Shown: positions 25,591 to 38,966 of the stretch, piece after piece
Position numbering within the stretch: the first letter of the stretch is position 1
Layout: every line of letters begins with the position of its first letter
Source: Octopus sinensis
Taxonomy: Eukaryota
Assembly (NCBI RefSeq): GCF_006345805.1
Contig: NW_021836292.1
Coordinates: 62,001 to 126,000, forward strand
Direction of reading: 5' to 3'
DNA: 64,000 nucleotides
The notes under the pieces: model-generated
The model's input: only the letters and a program-made list of their open reading frames with translations
The model's database searches: none
Told to the model about the DNA's origin: nothing
Position numbers and translations under genes: made by a program

Positions 25591-25644
25591 ATAATATATA
25601 TATACATATATACGGGCAACATAAAAGAATGCAATATATATATA

Positions 25645-25998
25645 TATGGTTCCGGGTTTAGTCCCACTACGTGGCACGTTGGGCAAGTGTCTTCTACTAT
25701 AGCCTCGGGCCGACCAAAGCCTTGAGTGGATTTGGTAGACGAAAACTGAAAGAAGCCCATCATGTGTATATATATGTGTGTGTGTGTGTGTGTTTCTGTG
25801 TCTGTGTTTATCCCCCTGAACATTGCTTGACAACCGACGCTGGTGTGTTTACGTCCCCGTAACTTAGCGGTTCAGCAAAAGAGTCCGATAAAGTACTGGG
25901 CATACAAATAATAAGTCCTGGGGTCGATTTTCTCGACTAAAGGCGGTGCTCCAGCATGGCCGCAGTCAAATGATTGAACCATAAAAGAATAAAAGATA
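25645..25998 (+). mobile_element. SINE family B (slightly 5'-truncated)
   Basis: Internal (TG)n and tail aaggcggtgctccagcatggccgcagtcaaatga. Confidence 0.9.
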
Positions 25999-26043
25999 AA
26001 ATATATATACATGCATACATACGTACATATACATGTGTGTATA

Positions 26044-26113
<70 letters not shown>

Positions 26114-26319
26114 GGTGTGTGTGTTTTAGATTGCTCATCTTCAATGCACTGCAGGACGACGGCCTCAGCATGGTCCCTCCACCAGCCACGGTCTGATGTG
26201 GAGGCCGTGAATTTGAACATGAGATTTTGATAGCTTGATTAGCCTACTTTGCCACACAGGCTCGACATGGCTTGGCGGAGGTATGCAGCTTTTCTTTTTT
26301 ATACACTCATACTCAGAAG

Positions 26320-26440
26320 TACTCAAGTCGACTTCATCGACCCTCAGTGCTCAACTGGTGCTTATTTTATCGAGCCGAAAGGATGAAATGCGAAGTCGAC
26401 TCCGGAATTTGAACTCAGAACGTTACGACGGACAAAGTAC
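26320..26440 (-). mobile_element. SINE family A body, split from its head (30420-30455) by the LINE insertion
   Basis: Minus strand gtactttgtccgtcgtaacgttctgagttcaaattcc continues the consensus from the head gagctggcagaaacattag at 30455. Confidence 0.75.
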
Positions 26441-26533
26441 TGATTGATTGATTGATTGATTGATTCTAGTTTCAGCTTATGAGCTGTGGCCATGCTGGGG
26501 CACCGCCATTTGGTGTTGCTACTTGGTTTCACT

Positions 26534-29527
26534 TCATGGAGGCTTTCTAGCAACTGCTATTTGGTGCATGAGAGAGTTCGATGCAGCTGCCCTCATCTGC
26601 CCCTCCTGCCGTGAAGTTGGTTCATCTGGGACACCTGACAGGAAGAGATCCAGCTTCATTTTAAAGACATCTGTATCCACCCCATGCAGGTCTCTCAGGT
26701 TCTTCGGGAGGATATTGAAGAGCTGTGGGCCTCGGAAGCCCAGGCTATCACAGAATCTTGTCCTACATCTTGATGGCAGGTTTGGAGTCCTAGGCACCAC
26801 GCAGTGGCGCCCAGTTCTGGGCATTTGCGTAACTCTCGATGCCAAAGTTCAGGACACTTCCCTCCAGGATCTTCCAGATGTATATTATGGCATATCTTTC
26901 CCACCTACGCTCCAGAGAATATAATTTTAATCTCTTGAGTCTTTCCCAGTAGCTTACATTCTGCATAGAGGCTATCTTCTTTGTGTAGCTTCGTTGGATC
27001 GCCTCAAGTTCTGTGATCAACTTGACACTGGATGGTGACCATAGCTGAGAGCAATAGTCAAAGTGGCTTAGGACAAGTGTCTTCCAGAGGACCATCATGG
27101 TTTTTTGTTCTCTTGTCCTAAAGGTTCTAAGAATCCATCCAGCCAGCCGTCTACATTTCATTGTCAGTTTAGCAACATGTACATGAAAGGTCGCGTCATC
27201 ACTCATGTGAATACCCAGGTCACGCACTGATTGTGCCTCTGGGATTGCAATCCCTCCGGGTCCAGTGTATTCATTGGGTATTGCATTCAGTTTTGCATGC
27301 TGATAGTATAAAGCTTGAAACTTTCCAGCATTGAACTGCATGCTATTCTTTTCAGCCCACTTGTATATTTCGTCCAGCTCACATTGCAGGTGTTTAGTGT
27401 CCTCAGGGTTCTGTATTGCCTGTGAAACTTTTGTATCATCTGCATAACTTGTGATCGTGGCTCTCTGCGTGGCTGAGGGCATGTCTGAGAGGGCCATTAT
27501 GAACAGTAGTGGTCCCAGAACAGTGCCCTGCGGAACACCGCTCACTATTTGTGTGTTAATGGAGGTGGCCCCATTGGCTACTACCACCTGACTTCTATCC
27601 TTCAGAAAGTCATGAAGCCATTCTCCCAGTTTTCCAACTATGTTGAGATCACGCAGTTTGTGACATATCATTCCATGATCGACTTTATCAAAGGCCTTTG
27701 CAAAGTCGAGATATATGACTTCCACATTTGAGTGGTTGAGCAGCCGTTTCAGCACCCAGTCATAGTGTTGTAGGAGCTGAGTTAAACAGCTTCTCCCTGG
27801 TCGGAAACCAGTTTGGGTGTCGGGCAGCAAGTTATCTCTTCAAGGAAGGTGATCAGCTTCCTTCTGACTATTCGTTCCATGACCTTGCTGATGTGTGAGG
27901 TCAGAGAGATAGGTCTATAGTTCTTGGCTTCCGCTCTGCTACCTCCTTTATGAATGGGGCATATTTTACCTTCCTTCAGTTTTCCTGGAAGTTTGCCAGC
28001 TGCAAGGAAGCTCTGAAAGAGGAACTGCAGTGGTCTTGCTAGGACTCTCTTACATGCTTTTAGGAGGATTGCCGGGAATCCATCGGGGCCAGTAGCTGAG
28101 TCTGTTTTCATTTCATCTATAGCCTTGGTTACATCGTCTTCCTTTATATCGATGTAATCTATCGTCGCCGCCTCTGATTTTATATCTGCAGTGGTAAAAA
28201 AGTCAGTTGGATTGCTGATTTGGAGATGCCCGAGGGGTGGAGTGAAAACACTCTTGAATTGCTCATTCAGTATTTCACTTACCCTCATTGGTTTTCCTGT
28301 AAGTGTGCCATCCTTTTCGAGGAGTGGCCCTATTCTACAGTGCACTGTAGCTGTTTCTTTGGCATACCTGTAGAAAGCCCTGGGGTTAGATTTTATGTTT
28401 TCTATAGCCCAGGCTTCTTTGTCTGCTCTTTCTTTTTCATGGGAGAGTTGCAGACATTTTTCGATTTCCAACAGTTTTATTTTTAGGCGGGACTTTTCAC
28501 TGCTTTCAATCTGTTTGTTTAGGCGATTTGAAAATTTCGTACGCCGTCTCATTAAAATTTTCCTCTCTCTGGGGATTTTGTTCTTGTGTACAGTGCCTTT
28601 CTCTCTGGGACACATTTGTAGCATATGGCTTGCATTACAGACATGAATGTTGAAGTTTCACGTCGATGTCTGGCGAGGAGAGACATTTAGGCCAGTTTTG
28701 TTTGAGGATCTCTTTCTCAATTTGTTTCCAGTTTGCCTTATGGTAGTTCAAGCTGGAAAGATTTTGAGGGTTTCTTGTAGGCTGCATGTCCGTGCTCTCT
28801 TTTGGGCCGTACATGGTCAGCTCTATCATGTTGTGATCCGAGAGTAGTGTCGGTGTCACTTTCACATTATGGATGAGATCCATGTCATTTGTGAAGCAGA
28901 GATCCAGTGTGTTACCTGCCCTGGTTGGTTGGAGTATTACCTGCTCCATGTACAGGGTGTTGATGAGGTTCAGGAGGGACCTCGCCTGTCCTCGTTCACA
29001 TCTTGTCATTCCTGGGAGAGAAAGGCCCTCGGGCCATCTGACATTGGGCAGATTGAAGTCTCCCATAAGAAGTACACTTATGTGTTGTTCTAATGTGGTT
29101 AGAACTTCTTCTATTTTTATAAGGCAGTCTTCAAACTTGCCACATGGCTTGGGGCATCTGGAGGGCGATATGTAGCACACACAACTACATCAAGTTGCCT
29201 AATATGTACAATTAGTGTGTCACACACCGAGTTTGAGTATGACAAGAGGACCTGGGGTGTGAGGTCCTCACGGATGTACATAGCAACACCTCCATGACTC
29301 CTTTCTTTCCTGTCGGTCCGTAGTACAGCATACTGTGGTATGTGTAACTCCGCATCTGCTATGTCCGGTTTCAGGTGCGTTTCTGTAAGTGCTATGCATA
29401 AGGCTTGATTGCATGCAACAAAGTCTCTCAGGAACGGGATCTTTGTCTTGTTACTGAGTGTTTGCAGTCCTCTGATGTTCAGTAGGAGTATCGAGGTGAG
29501 GTGTACGTTGTTGCCGGCGGTGTCCAT
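26534..29527 (-). pseudogene. LINE ORF2 (APE endonuclease + RT), broken by about 4 frameshifts
   Basis: LLNIRGL, LTETHL, GGVAMYI, YRPP, MGDFN, LDL, SDHN, then RT motifs including YADD across ORFs 29117-29635, 28635-29180, 27782-28624, 26790-27830 and 26534-26845. Confidence 0.9.
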
Positions 29528-30385
29528 CCTGTGTCTGTTTGCTGTGGTGGTCTGGTATATAGTGAGTAGTCCCACCTGCGGGCTTGGGTTTGATGAAGCC
29601 AGGTCAGCTGCTGTACAATCTTTTGTGCCATGCACAAAAAAGATTGTTGCTCAGCAGCTGCTCTTTCGACAACATCATGTTGGCTGTTTGTGGCGCGCAC
29701 AACATCTGCGTACCTCCGCTTTGGGGCAGGTGGTGCGTGGTCCATTCCTTTTCTTTGTGTTGATGGTTTGTCCATCTGCCTCGTGTCTCTGTGGCAGGGT
29801 CCCCGATGTGCAAAGCGGCAGCCTGCACCTTCCTTCCATGCCAGCAGGAACCTCTCAGGTAGAACATACACACCCGTGTGCGTGTTTGGTTCCATCCTTT
29901 GCGGTTCCACTTCTATTTCTGGTTGTTTCACTCTTTGGTCCTGCTTGAGCTTTTTCTTTTCCTTTAGCTCTTCCAGTCCTTCTTTTAGTTCTTCTTCCTC
30001 CCTCTACCTCTTCACCGGGTTCTCCGTCTCATGGCCCTTGCTGCCGGTTGGAGAACTTGCACCTGGGTTCACTTCCCGGGCAGGTTTCTCATTCAAAACC
30101 TCCTCCCGGCGTCCACCAGGTGGGGGTGACTTCTTTCATCGTCTCCATCTTGCCATCTTTGCCCCGCTCGTTCTCAAAGATGGCATCAAGTGCGCCAATG
30201 TGACGACGTACAAGCGCATATGAGCGCACGAATTCCTGTCTCTTTCGCTCCATCTGAGCCGCTGTCCTCTTGTAGCCTCTGCTCTTCAGCGCAGCCGCAA
30301 TCACCTCGCTAGGGCTATCTCCGCCGGCGCACTCCCATGCTCGTACGAATAAATCCAGCTCGTCACGTCTCCATGCTCTGGACAT
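29479..30385 (-). pseudogene. LINE ORF1: putative N-terminal Myb/SANT-like domain, acidic coiled segment and CCCH zinc finger (frameshifted)
   Basis: W..DE..LF..AW...IA..L..RGY.RT..Q...K pattern; joining frames gives CMFYLRGSCWHGRKGAGCRFAH; the stop overlaps the ORF2 start by 49 nt. Confidence 0.7.
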
Positions 30386-30519
30386 GCTGGATAATCCGTC
30401 TATCCGTTTATCTATCTAATTATGTTCCGGATTACTAATGTTTCTGCCAGCTCATCTATACACAAACGTGTGTATGCGCGCATGCGCGTTGCGGTTGTAG
30501 GGGTGTGGGGTGGATGTGG

Positions 30520-30561
30520 TATGTATATATATATGTATATATGTGTATGTGCGAGTACATA

Positions 30562-30642
<81 letters not shown>

Positions 30643-30886
30643 TATATACATATATATATTACATATATATATATACATATATATATATACATATATATAT
30701 ACATTATATATACATTATACATTATAATATACATATATATTACATATATATATACATATATATATACATATATATATAATATATATATACATATATATAT
30801 ACATATACATATATATATATACATAGATATACATATATATATATACATATATATATATATACATATATATATATACATATATATAC

Positions 30887-30917
<31 letters not shown>

Positions 30918-30938
30918 CATATATATATATTACATATA

Positions 30939-30969
<31 letters not shown>

Positions 30970-31378
30970 CATATTATACATTATATAAAATACTATATAT
31001 ACATATATACCATATATATACATATATATATATACATATATATATATACCTATATATACATATATATACAATATATATACAATATATATACATATATATA
31101 TATACTTAATATATACATATATATATATATACTTATATATATATATATATATACATATATATAAATACTTTATATATACATATATATATATATACTTATA
31201 TATAATATATACAATATATATATACATATATATATATACAATATATATATATATATATATATATATAGATATATAATACTATATATATATACATATAATA
31301 TATATATTCATATATATATATACATATACATATATATATACATATATATATATATATATTATATATATATTATATATA

Positions 31379-31424
<46 letters not shown>

Positions 31425-31521
31425 TGTATATATATATATATATAGTTTATATATATATATATACTATATATATATATATATATATAATATAAATATGTAT
31501 ATATATATATATATATATGTT

Positions 31522-31553
<32 letters not shown>

Positions 31554-31558
31554 ATATG

Positions 31559-31589
<31 letters not shown>

Positions 31590-31608
31590 ACAGATATATA
31601 TATATGTT

Positions 31609-31671
<63 letters not shown>

Positions 31672-31690
31672 GTATGTATATATATATTTC
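30520..31690. repeat. About 1.2 kb degenerate (TA)n/(TACA) array
   Basis: Directly visible. Confidence 0.95.
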
Positions 31691-32207
31691 ACTTAAATTT
31701 CGTCAGTAGTGCTGGCCCATTGTTTCTGTGTTAACACAGTAGCGTCAGAGTTCAAATTTTTCAAACTAACAGGTTTCATCTCATTTGTACAGGTCATATG
31801 TTAAAAATAACGGAAGAGCAAGAATATATAATACGAAGCACAATTGGAAGGAAAATTATTGAAATCAATAAACCTAGAGCAGAGTGAGCGGTTTTCGCTA
31901 TAACGACCATATTTGGGATCTAACTTAGTAAACCATTTATAAACGGAATGAAGAAGTAGGAAACTTATTTTGCAATGGTGTGATGGGCCTACAATGATAA
32001 GCAGTATTGAAATAATTATTATCAACGTCTCGCTTTAAATAGTCTAACGGTTTAATTCGTTTAAATAATCCCACTATTCCAGGGAGGTCATGGCGGAAAT
32101 AGGGTTTAATCAGAAACAACCGTCATTACGCTTTCCACTTGGATACCTAAGCGTGACCGCCTGAGACTATAGATATTGTCCGCCATCTCGTTCTTGGTCT
32201 ACACCTG

Positions 32208-32239
<32 letters not shown>

Positions 32240-32379
32240 AATATATATATATATATAACGTATATATATACGTATAGATATATATAGATAAATAGATAGA
32301 TAGATATATTTAATATATATACGCATATATATATATATATAATAATATATAATATATTATATATATATATAACGGAGAT

Positions 32380-32580
32380 AAAAAGAAAAAGACAAGAAGA
32401 AAAAAATAACGCGAGGACGTGGTGTATGCAAAGTATTAATAAGACGCTCAAAGAAGGAAAGAAAAAGTGGTTGTTTTACGTTTCGAGCAAAGCTTCTCTT
32501 CGGAAACAGGAGACATAGGAAAGTCCAAAAGAAAAGGAAGGAGGAAAATAATCGCCAACAGTCCACGTCTAGTCACATTT
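32380..32580 (-). mobile_element. Family H1 repeat, hammerhead decayed
   Basis: aacgcgaggacgtgg...ttttacgtttcgagc...aatcgccaac homology. Confidence 0.7.
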
Positions 32581-32899
32581 TGCCTATGTTATAGTGAAGT
32601 CTTCACATTTTTAGTCTTGACCCAATGCCTATTTTTTACATAATGAATTCGCCTCCCATATATACTATTCTACTTTGCATTAGCAATATTAGTACTTCTG
32701 CCTCTCATTCTTTAATTATATCAATATTTAAACAAAATGATGGTAGCTTTTCTTGATTATAATGTTACTTTGTAAATTAAAATCAAATAATTTTTAAGAT
32801 TCAAATTTTATCCTTAGCTGCAATATTTTAAATAAAAGTTTTCTTGTTCTGTACTTTACGGCATTAAGAATATTATTCAACTATTGTCGTAGTTGAATG

Positions 32900-33529
32900 A
32901 TATACTCTTTTACACGTTTAGCCGCGGCCGTGGTCATGCTGGAGCACCACCATGGTCTTTAGGACTTCCTCAGTCTGGGGTTTCATATCACCACTCCTGT
33001 ATGTGCCTTTGTCCCAGTTGTTGGTACATTTGGTGCATAAAGGAATTTGATTCTGCTAACCTCGTCTGCACTTCATGTCGGGTTATTGGTTCATCCAGTA
33101 TTAGGGAGAGGAGGATATCTAGTTCCTTTTTGAAGACCTCTACTTCCACCTTATGCAGATTTCTTAATTTTGTGACAGGGCATTGAGGAACTGTGGGCCT
33201 TTGAACCCTAGACTACTGCAGTACCTGGTCCAGAATTTAGATGGAGTGGATGGTACATCTGTTACAATAAAATGGCGACCAGTTCTGACATTTGTATAAC
33301 ACTCAATGCCGAAGTTAGATACTCGCCCTTCTAGAATTTTCCATATGTGTATAATTGCATATCTCTCACGCTTTTGTTCCAGGGAGTGAAGTTGTAGTTT
33401 TCTCAGCCTCTCCCTGTAGCTCATCCGCTGCATGGTTTCAATCATTTTAATGTAGTGTTGTCGGACTGCTTCAAGCTCTGCTTTTAGTTTGGCACTATAT
33501 GGTGACCATAAATGGGAGCAGTAGTCCAT
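32900..33529 (-). mobile_element. Older, diverged 3' fragment of the same LINE group
   Basis: DYCSHLWSP..SLEQKRERYAIIHIWKILEG; 3' end ggtggtgctccagcatgaccac..gtaaaagag. Confidence 0.9.
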
Positions 33530-33988
33530 GACGGTCTTTAATTGACCGTTATCGATGACAGATAGGCGTCCAATACGCTCACGATCTTCAAGGCTCAGGT
33601 CTCCACTGTGAAATCTTTTAAACCATTTTCGAGCTGACCACTAAATGATCTTTTCGTCACCAAACGTTTTGATGATATCACTTTGAATATCAGCTTTGAA
33701 TATCGCGCTTTGACAGTTCCATTTCAGCTGATTGTAACAATGTTTTCTTTATTGCCCACAGGGGGCTAAACATAGAGGAACGGTATAAATGAGGGAGGGG
33801 TCGATGGTGCAGATGATTGTAACAATGGGGGAAAATATCCATGTTAATTTATTGATGCAGTCTATGTCTGTATTATCAGACAATTGCAAAAAAGTGTTTA
33901 AAAGTGTTTAAAAAATTCAAAACTTTGCAAAAATCCGCTACAGATTCTTCATGGTCCAAAACGTTGCTTACTTTTTACTCATCCTGAT
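33530..33988 (-). mobile_element. mariner transposon 5' remnant
   Basis: WFKRFHSGDLSLEDRERIGR (mariner N-terminal HTH region); terminus ta-tcaggatgagtaaaaagtaagc resembles a mariner TIR. Confidence 0.65.
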
Positions 33989-34565
33989 AGTTTAGTTTCA
34001 TATAAATTTATGAACGCAAACTTGGTTTATAAACCATGAGGTCGCGAGTTCAATTCTACAGTGCGTCATCGAAATCTTCAAATCGTCGGAGGGATTTATT
34101 ATGATTAATTATGATTAATCTTCTAAAATTATTAATCTCCATTTAATATAAAATGTTGAAGTGTATATAAACTATCCCAATTTAATACGCTAACATAACC
34201 TTCGTGTGATAAAGTATTTCTACTGTTATTTATCTAGACAAACATATAGAATGACTTGTCACAAATTTGAAATATGTCTCTTTTGTTAGGAAGTTAGCCT
34301 TTATGTTTTTCTTTAAAATATTTCCAACACATTTTCCTTATGACAACTAAGTTTAAATCTACAAGTGATTTTGTTTTGTTTTTTGTTTTTGTTTTACTAA
34401 ATTTTAATCGTCACATCATTTAAATGAGATGTTACTTTGATTTGTCAAAAATAACACTCCTCTCTTAACTATATGACAATCCTACTCTATCTTTCATTCA
34501 GTTACAAATTGATGCAAACTATTTCAAACACAGAAATTTTTCAAGGTAATATTTTCTTAATAAAA

Positions 34566-34960
34566 GGCGGCGAGCGGGCAGAATCGTTAGCACGCCGGGC
34601 GAAATGCTTAGCGGTATTTCGTCAGCCGTTACGTTCTGAGTTCAAATTCCGCCGAGGTCGACTTTGCCTTTCATCTTTTCGGGGTCGATGAATTAAGTAC
34701 CAGTTACTCACTGGGGTCGATGCAATCGACTTAATCCCTTTGTCTGTCCTTGTTTGTCCTCTCTGTGTTTAGCCCCTTGTGGGTAGTAAAGATATAGGTA
34801 TTTCATCTGCCTTTATGTTCTGAGTTCAAATTCCGCCGAGGTCGACTCTGCCTTTCATCCTTTCGGGGTCGATAAATTAAGTACCAGTTACGCACTGGGA
34901 TCAGTCTAATCGACTGTCCCCCTCTCCCAAAATTTCGGGCTTTGTGCTTGGAGTAGAAAA
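34566..34960 (+). mobile_element. SINE family A, dimeric
   Basis: Full monomer 34566-34800 followed directly by a second body 34797-34960. Confidence 0.9.
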
Positions 34961-34974
34961 GTATATATATGTTA

Positions 34975-35660
34975 ACATTATCATATCTACCGTTCAACTC
35001 ATGTCACCCCAGACACACCAGAATGAATATCCCCTTCAGCCTAGCAAAAAGGATCTGTACTATAGTTTCAAATGCAAGCACCAGGGGCACACGACTACAT
35101 AAACTAAAGGATACACTCATCACCAAGAACTATCCACCTTCACTAAGTGACATATGCTTTCAACATGCCCTACAACTCAACATCCATGAACTCAGATATC
35201 CCAAATTAAAGAAGAATTTACAACCAAAAGCTCTATCATACATCTCCACACACAACCCTCTTAACAAAGAAGCCTTCGACACCATCCTTCAAAATATTCC
35301 CCTGCTAAAAAAGGACCATAAAATGAACTTAATCCTCCAAACACACACCATCTTAAAAAGCAAGTGACAGCCCAAACCTATGAAAAGTCTCCTAACACAA
35401 GCCCGAATACGCTCAACAACAACACTGAAGCCGTCAGTAAAGAAAAATACGGAAGACCCAACTGTGAGATATGGGTCAATTTAACTGAGGGATCAGAGTT
35501 CTCCTTCAAACAGGGACAACGTATCACAGTTTAAAGCAGCTTCACATATGCTTCGGAGAACCTGGTATACATACTAACCTGCTCTGGTTGTCAAGAGCAA
35601 TACATAGGCCAAACAAAAAACAGTCTACGTCAAAGCATGGCTCTGAACAGATCCCAGATC
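34975..35660 (+). mobile_element. Penelope-like element fragment (RT thumb + GIY-YIG)
   Basis: YLPFNSCHPRHTRMNIPFSLAKRICTIVS...YP and NLVYILTCSGCQEQYIGQT. Confidence 0.85.
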
Positions 35661-36430
35661 TGTATAAGTGTAGAACAATCTATATAAGTGTAGAACAATC
35701 TAAGAATAAATTGTTTCCTTTCTTTCGTGGTCTTTGCAACCACATACTAAATTTTCAAAGAATTTTTAAAGGAATAATTTTAATAAATATTATCGTATAT
35801 ACTTCCATTACATTGTCGTGTAAATGTGATAAAGTGTGTGTGTGCGTGTGTTGTATGAGAGAAAGAGAAAGCGTGAGAGAATTAAGGTGGGATTAAACAT
35901 AATTATGGAGAGGTTAAACATAACGCAAATATTAACGAGTCTCCCTGGAAAATTCCTCGCTTATTAAAGGGGATAAAGTGTTTCGCTGAAATGTTCCTCT
36001 CTCATTAAAGGGGACAACAAATCTTCCTGGAAAATTTATCTCTTATAAAAGTGGATAACTAGTCTTACAATGTACATTAGTTAGCCATTAAAATAAACAC
36101 ACCAGGTTGTCCATTTACAAATAAGGTTATGTAAAAGAAAAAATTAAAATGATTTAGATGGAGGGTTATCGTTCTCACAGCGACAATGTTCTTGATACGT
36201 GTGACGTACCAGCTAAAACAATTTTTGTACTTTTTGCACGGATGGTAAGCCAGAGATCATTCTCAAAGAAATTTCAGTTCCTATTTTGATCATTCCTAGT
36301 TCTACAATCACTGTATTGTAACCCCTTTTTCAATTTTAATGTGGAAATCTGAGCTTGACAAATTCTTTTGCTGCAGTATTCTGATCATTTCAGTCAATAA
36401 ACTGACGTTGTTATTTTGGCCTTTTACAAG

Positions 36431-36640
36431 ACGGCGATCTGGGAAAACCGTTAACACGCCGGGCAAAATACTTAATAGTATTTCATCCAGGTTTACATTC
36501 TGAGTTCAAATTCCACTGAGGTTGACATTGCCTTTCATCCTTTCGGAGTCGATACCAATAAGTATTACTTTAGCACTGGGTTCGATATAATCGACTAACC
36601 CCTTCCCAAAAATTTCAGGCCTTGTGCCTTTAGTAGAAAG
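36431..36640 (+). mobile_element. SINE family A
   Basis: Head and central domain, (ATT)n tail. Confidence 0.85.
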
Positions 36641-36779
36641 GATTATTATTATTATCATTATTATTATTATTATCGTCATCATTATTTTGGGAGACATTTC
36701 TGGATATGTTTCAGTCTTATCAGTTAGGCATACACTTCTCCATACTGGATAAAATCACAAAAATAATCAAGTAGACACG

Positions 36780-37140
36780 TTTTGGATCTGAAGGTGTTGA
36801 GAATAAATGCGTTGCCCTTCTAGAGTTCACACCAACCGATCCACCACCACCTTGAGGCAATCTCTACTGCCCCCACAGGTGTTGAGAATAAATGCGTTGC
36901 CCTTCTAGAGTTCACACCAACCGATCCACCACCACCTTGAGGCAATCTCTACTGCCCCCACAGCCAATCTGATGGCCTTCTTCCCACTGGTCCTTGTGAT
37001 GCTAAGCATGTTGTAAGCTCTGCAGAAGGACTGGTCTGTAAATCTTCTGCATCCCACCTCGATGTTAGCACACCCACTGCTTTGCCATAACATCACCGGA
37101 TTAATCCGAGCGTTTTCGATCTCGGTGTAGTGGAACTGAT
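36780..37140 (-). mobile_element. RLE-type LINE 3' fragment (HERO/NeSL-like) with an internal 85-bp tandem duplication
   Basis: IEVGCRRF...AVEIASRWWWI; 36792-36876 is repeated at 36877-36961. Confidence 0.65.
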
Positions 37141-38500
37141 ACGCTCGATAATTTTATTATCTTGCTGTTTGTTGTAGTAATAATTAGTTGGACAAGTTTT
37201 TTTTTTATCTTTTTGTTGGTATAATAATTAACTAGATGCTTTTTAATCTCAGTCTACTGTAAATAATTTGTTCAATAAATTCTTTAATCTTACTATTTGT
37301 AGTAATGATTAAATATAGACGCGTTTAATCTGAGATACGCTTTGAATCTGAATCTGACGATAATAATTGCTAGTTAAGTTTCTTTATGTTTTTCTTTTAT
37401 TAATCTCAATATTGTTGTAATAACTAATTAGATGAGTTTGTGTGGAGGTAACAATATCCTTAGTATTATTTTTTTTAATCTTGGTTTTTTTCTGGTGAGA
37501 ATTAGCTATAGAAGTTTTGAATCTCGGAATTATATTATGAATTAAGTTGGGTGAGTCTGTGATTGCTTTTTGTAGTAAGTTTTGAATGTCAAGTGTTGTG
37601 GAAGAATTAAGACCAGGAAAGAAAAGGAAACTAATAGAAATATTATGAGGCAGTGGACAAGTAGATTGGTTATATATTTGGTCTCGGGACATCTCGATAG
37701 AAAGAAATATAATAATAGACTACATTGATAAAGATAAAATGAGGGCTGTTCTGTTTAGTCGCTTGACCTTCTAGAACCAACAGACAAAACCTCTTTCAAG
37801 TCCCACCCAACCGTCGTTATTCTGTTGTATTGATCTTTGCAGAGTTATCCGGTTAATTCTTAGCACAACACCGAGACTCAAAATTTATCTTACTAATTCG
37901 TAAAAAGTGAAAGCAATTCAATTTACTATAATGGAATTCTATGCTATGTTTACAAATCAGCTACATATTTAGGAAAAGTTGCATTATTTTCTCTCTTTTG
38001 CGAAAGGAAAAAAATATATAATGTAATAAAAAAAAAAGTACGATCTAATTTGGACAGAAATCAATATAAGAATTAAGACGGCAGGGTGAGATTTGAAAGA
38101 GATTTGACTGTTAATTCTTGTAGGTCGAGCAACTACATAGTGACTTCCTCATTTCATCAAGTAGTTTACTATTCTCGTCATGAGTCTCACAAATTACTGA
38201 ATTCCTTTCTTTCGAAATGTCTAGCGACCAAAATATATAATTAACCTTATTTTGATTCTTCCTTCACTTCATAACACTTCTGATAGTTTCCCTTTCCTTA
38301 TCCTTCTTCAAAATGGAAATTCAAAATTTATATAGCTAATTCTAACCACAACAAACAGTAAGATTAGAAAAAAAATTTAGCAAGTTATTGCGACCACACT
38401 GAGACGCGGACCGTTTATAGTGAATTAGTCTTCACATATGAAATACAGGGATTATAAAAAAAAAAGCTAATTAGAAACTTTTATGTGCCACAGGTAGACA

Positions 38501-38567
<67 letters not shown>

Positions 38568-38644
38568 TAATTAGGCACCTGCTTCGATAAAAATAGAAAT
38601 CGAAACACCTCTAAGCCACAGAAGAATTCCAAAATTAATAGGCA

Positions 38645-38966
38645 CATGGCTCAGTGGTTAGATCGTCGAGCTTACAATCGTGAGGTTGTGAGTTCGAACC
38701 CCGGACCGGATTGTGTTTCTTGAGCAAGACACTTTATTTCACGTTGCTCCAGTTCACTCAGCTGTAGAAATGAGTTGCGACGTGACAGGTGCCAAGCTGT
38801 ATCTGCTGTTGCCTTTCCCTTGGATAATACTGGTGGCGTGGAGAAGGGAGGCCGGTGTGCATGGGTGACTGCTGGTCTTCCATAAACAACCTTGCCCGGA
38901 TTTGTGCCAAGGAGGGTAACTTTCTAGGTGCAATCCCACGGTAAGTCATGACCGAAGGGAGTCTCA
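38645..38966 (+). mobile_element. SINE family C
   Basis: TGGCTCAGTGG and GTTCGAACC boxes. Confidence 0.9.

Larger units (their letters stand above)
26441..30418 (-). mobile_element. Full-length (about 4 kb) CR1/L2-group LINE with ORF1 + APE-RT ORF2
   Basis: ORF1 from 30385, ORF2 from 29527 to 26534 in frameshifted pieces, (AATC)n tail at 26441-26465; boundaries set by the interrupted SINE. Confidence 0.95.

Noticed and set aside
29409-30223. Long plus-strand ORFs (179 and 197 aa) antisense to LINE ORF1
   Set aside because: Explained by the GC-richer composition of the opposite-strand coding region; no independent evidence
31780-32180. Unique-looking sequence with short ORFs between TA arrays (possible viral or gene fragment)
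   Set aside because: No motif recognised in any frame
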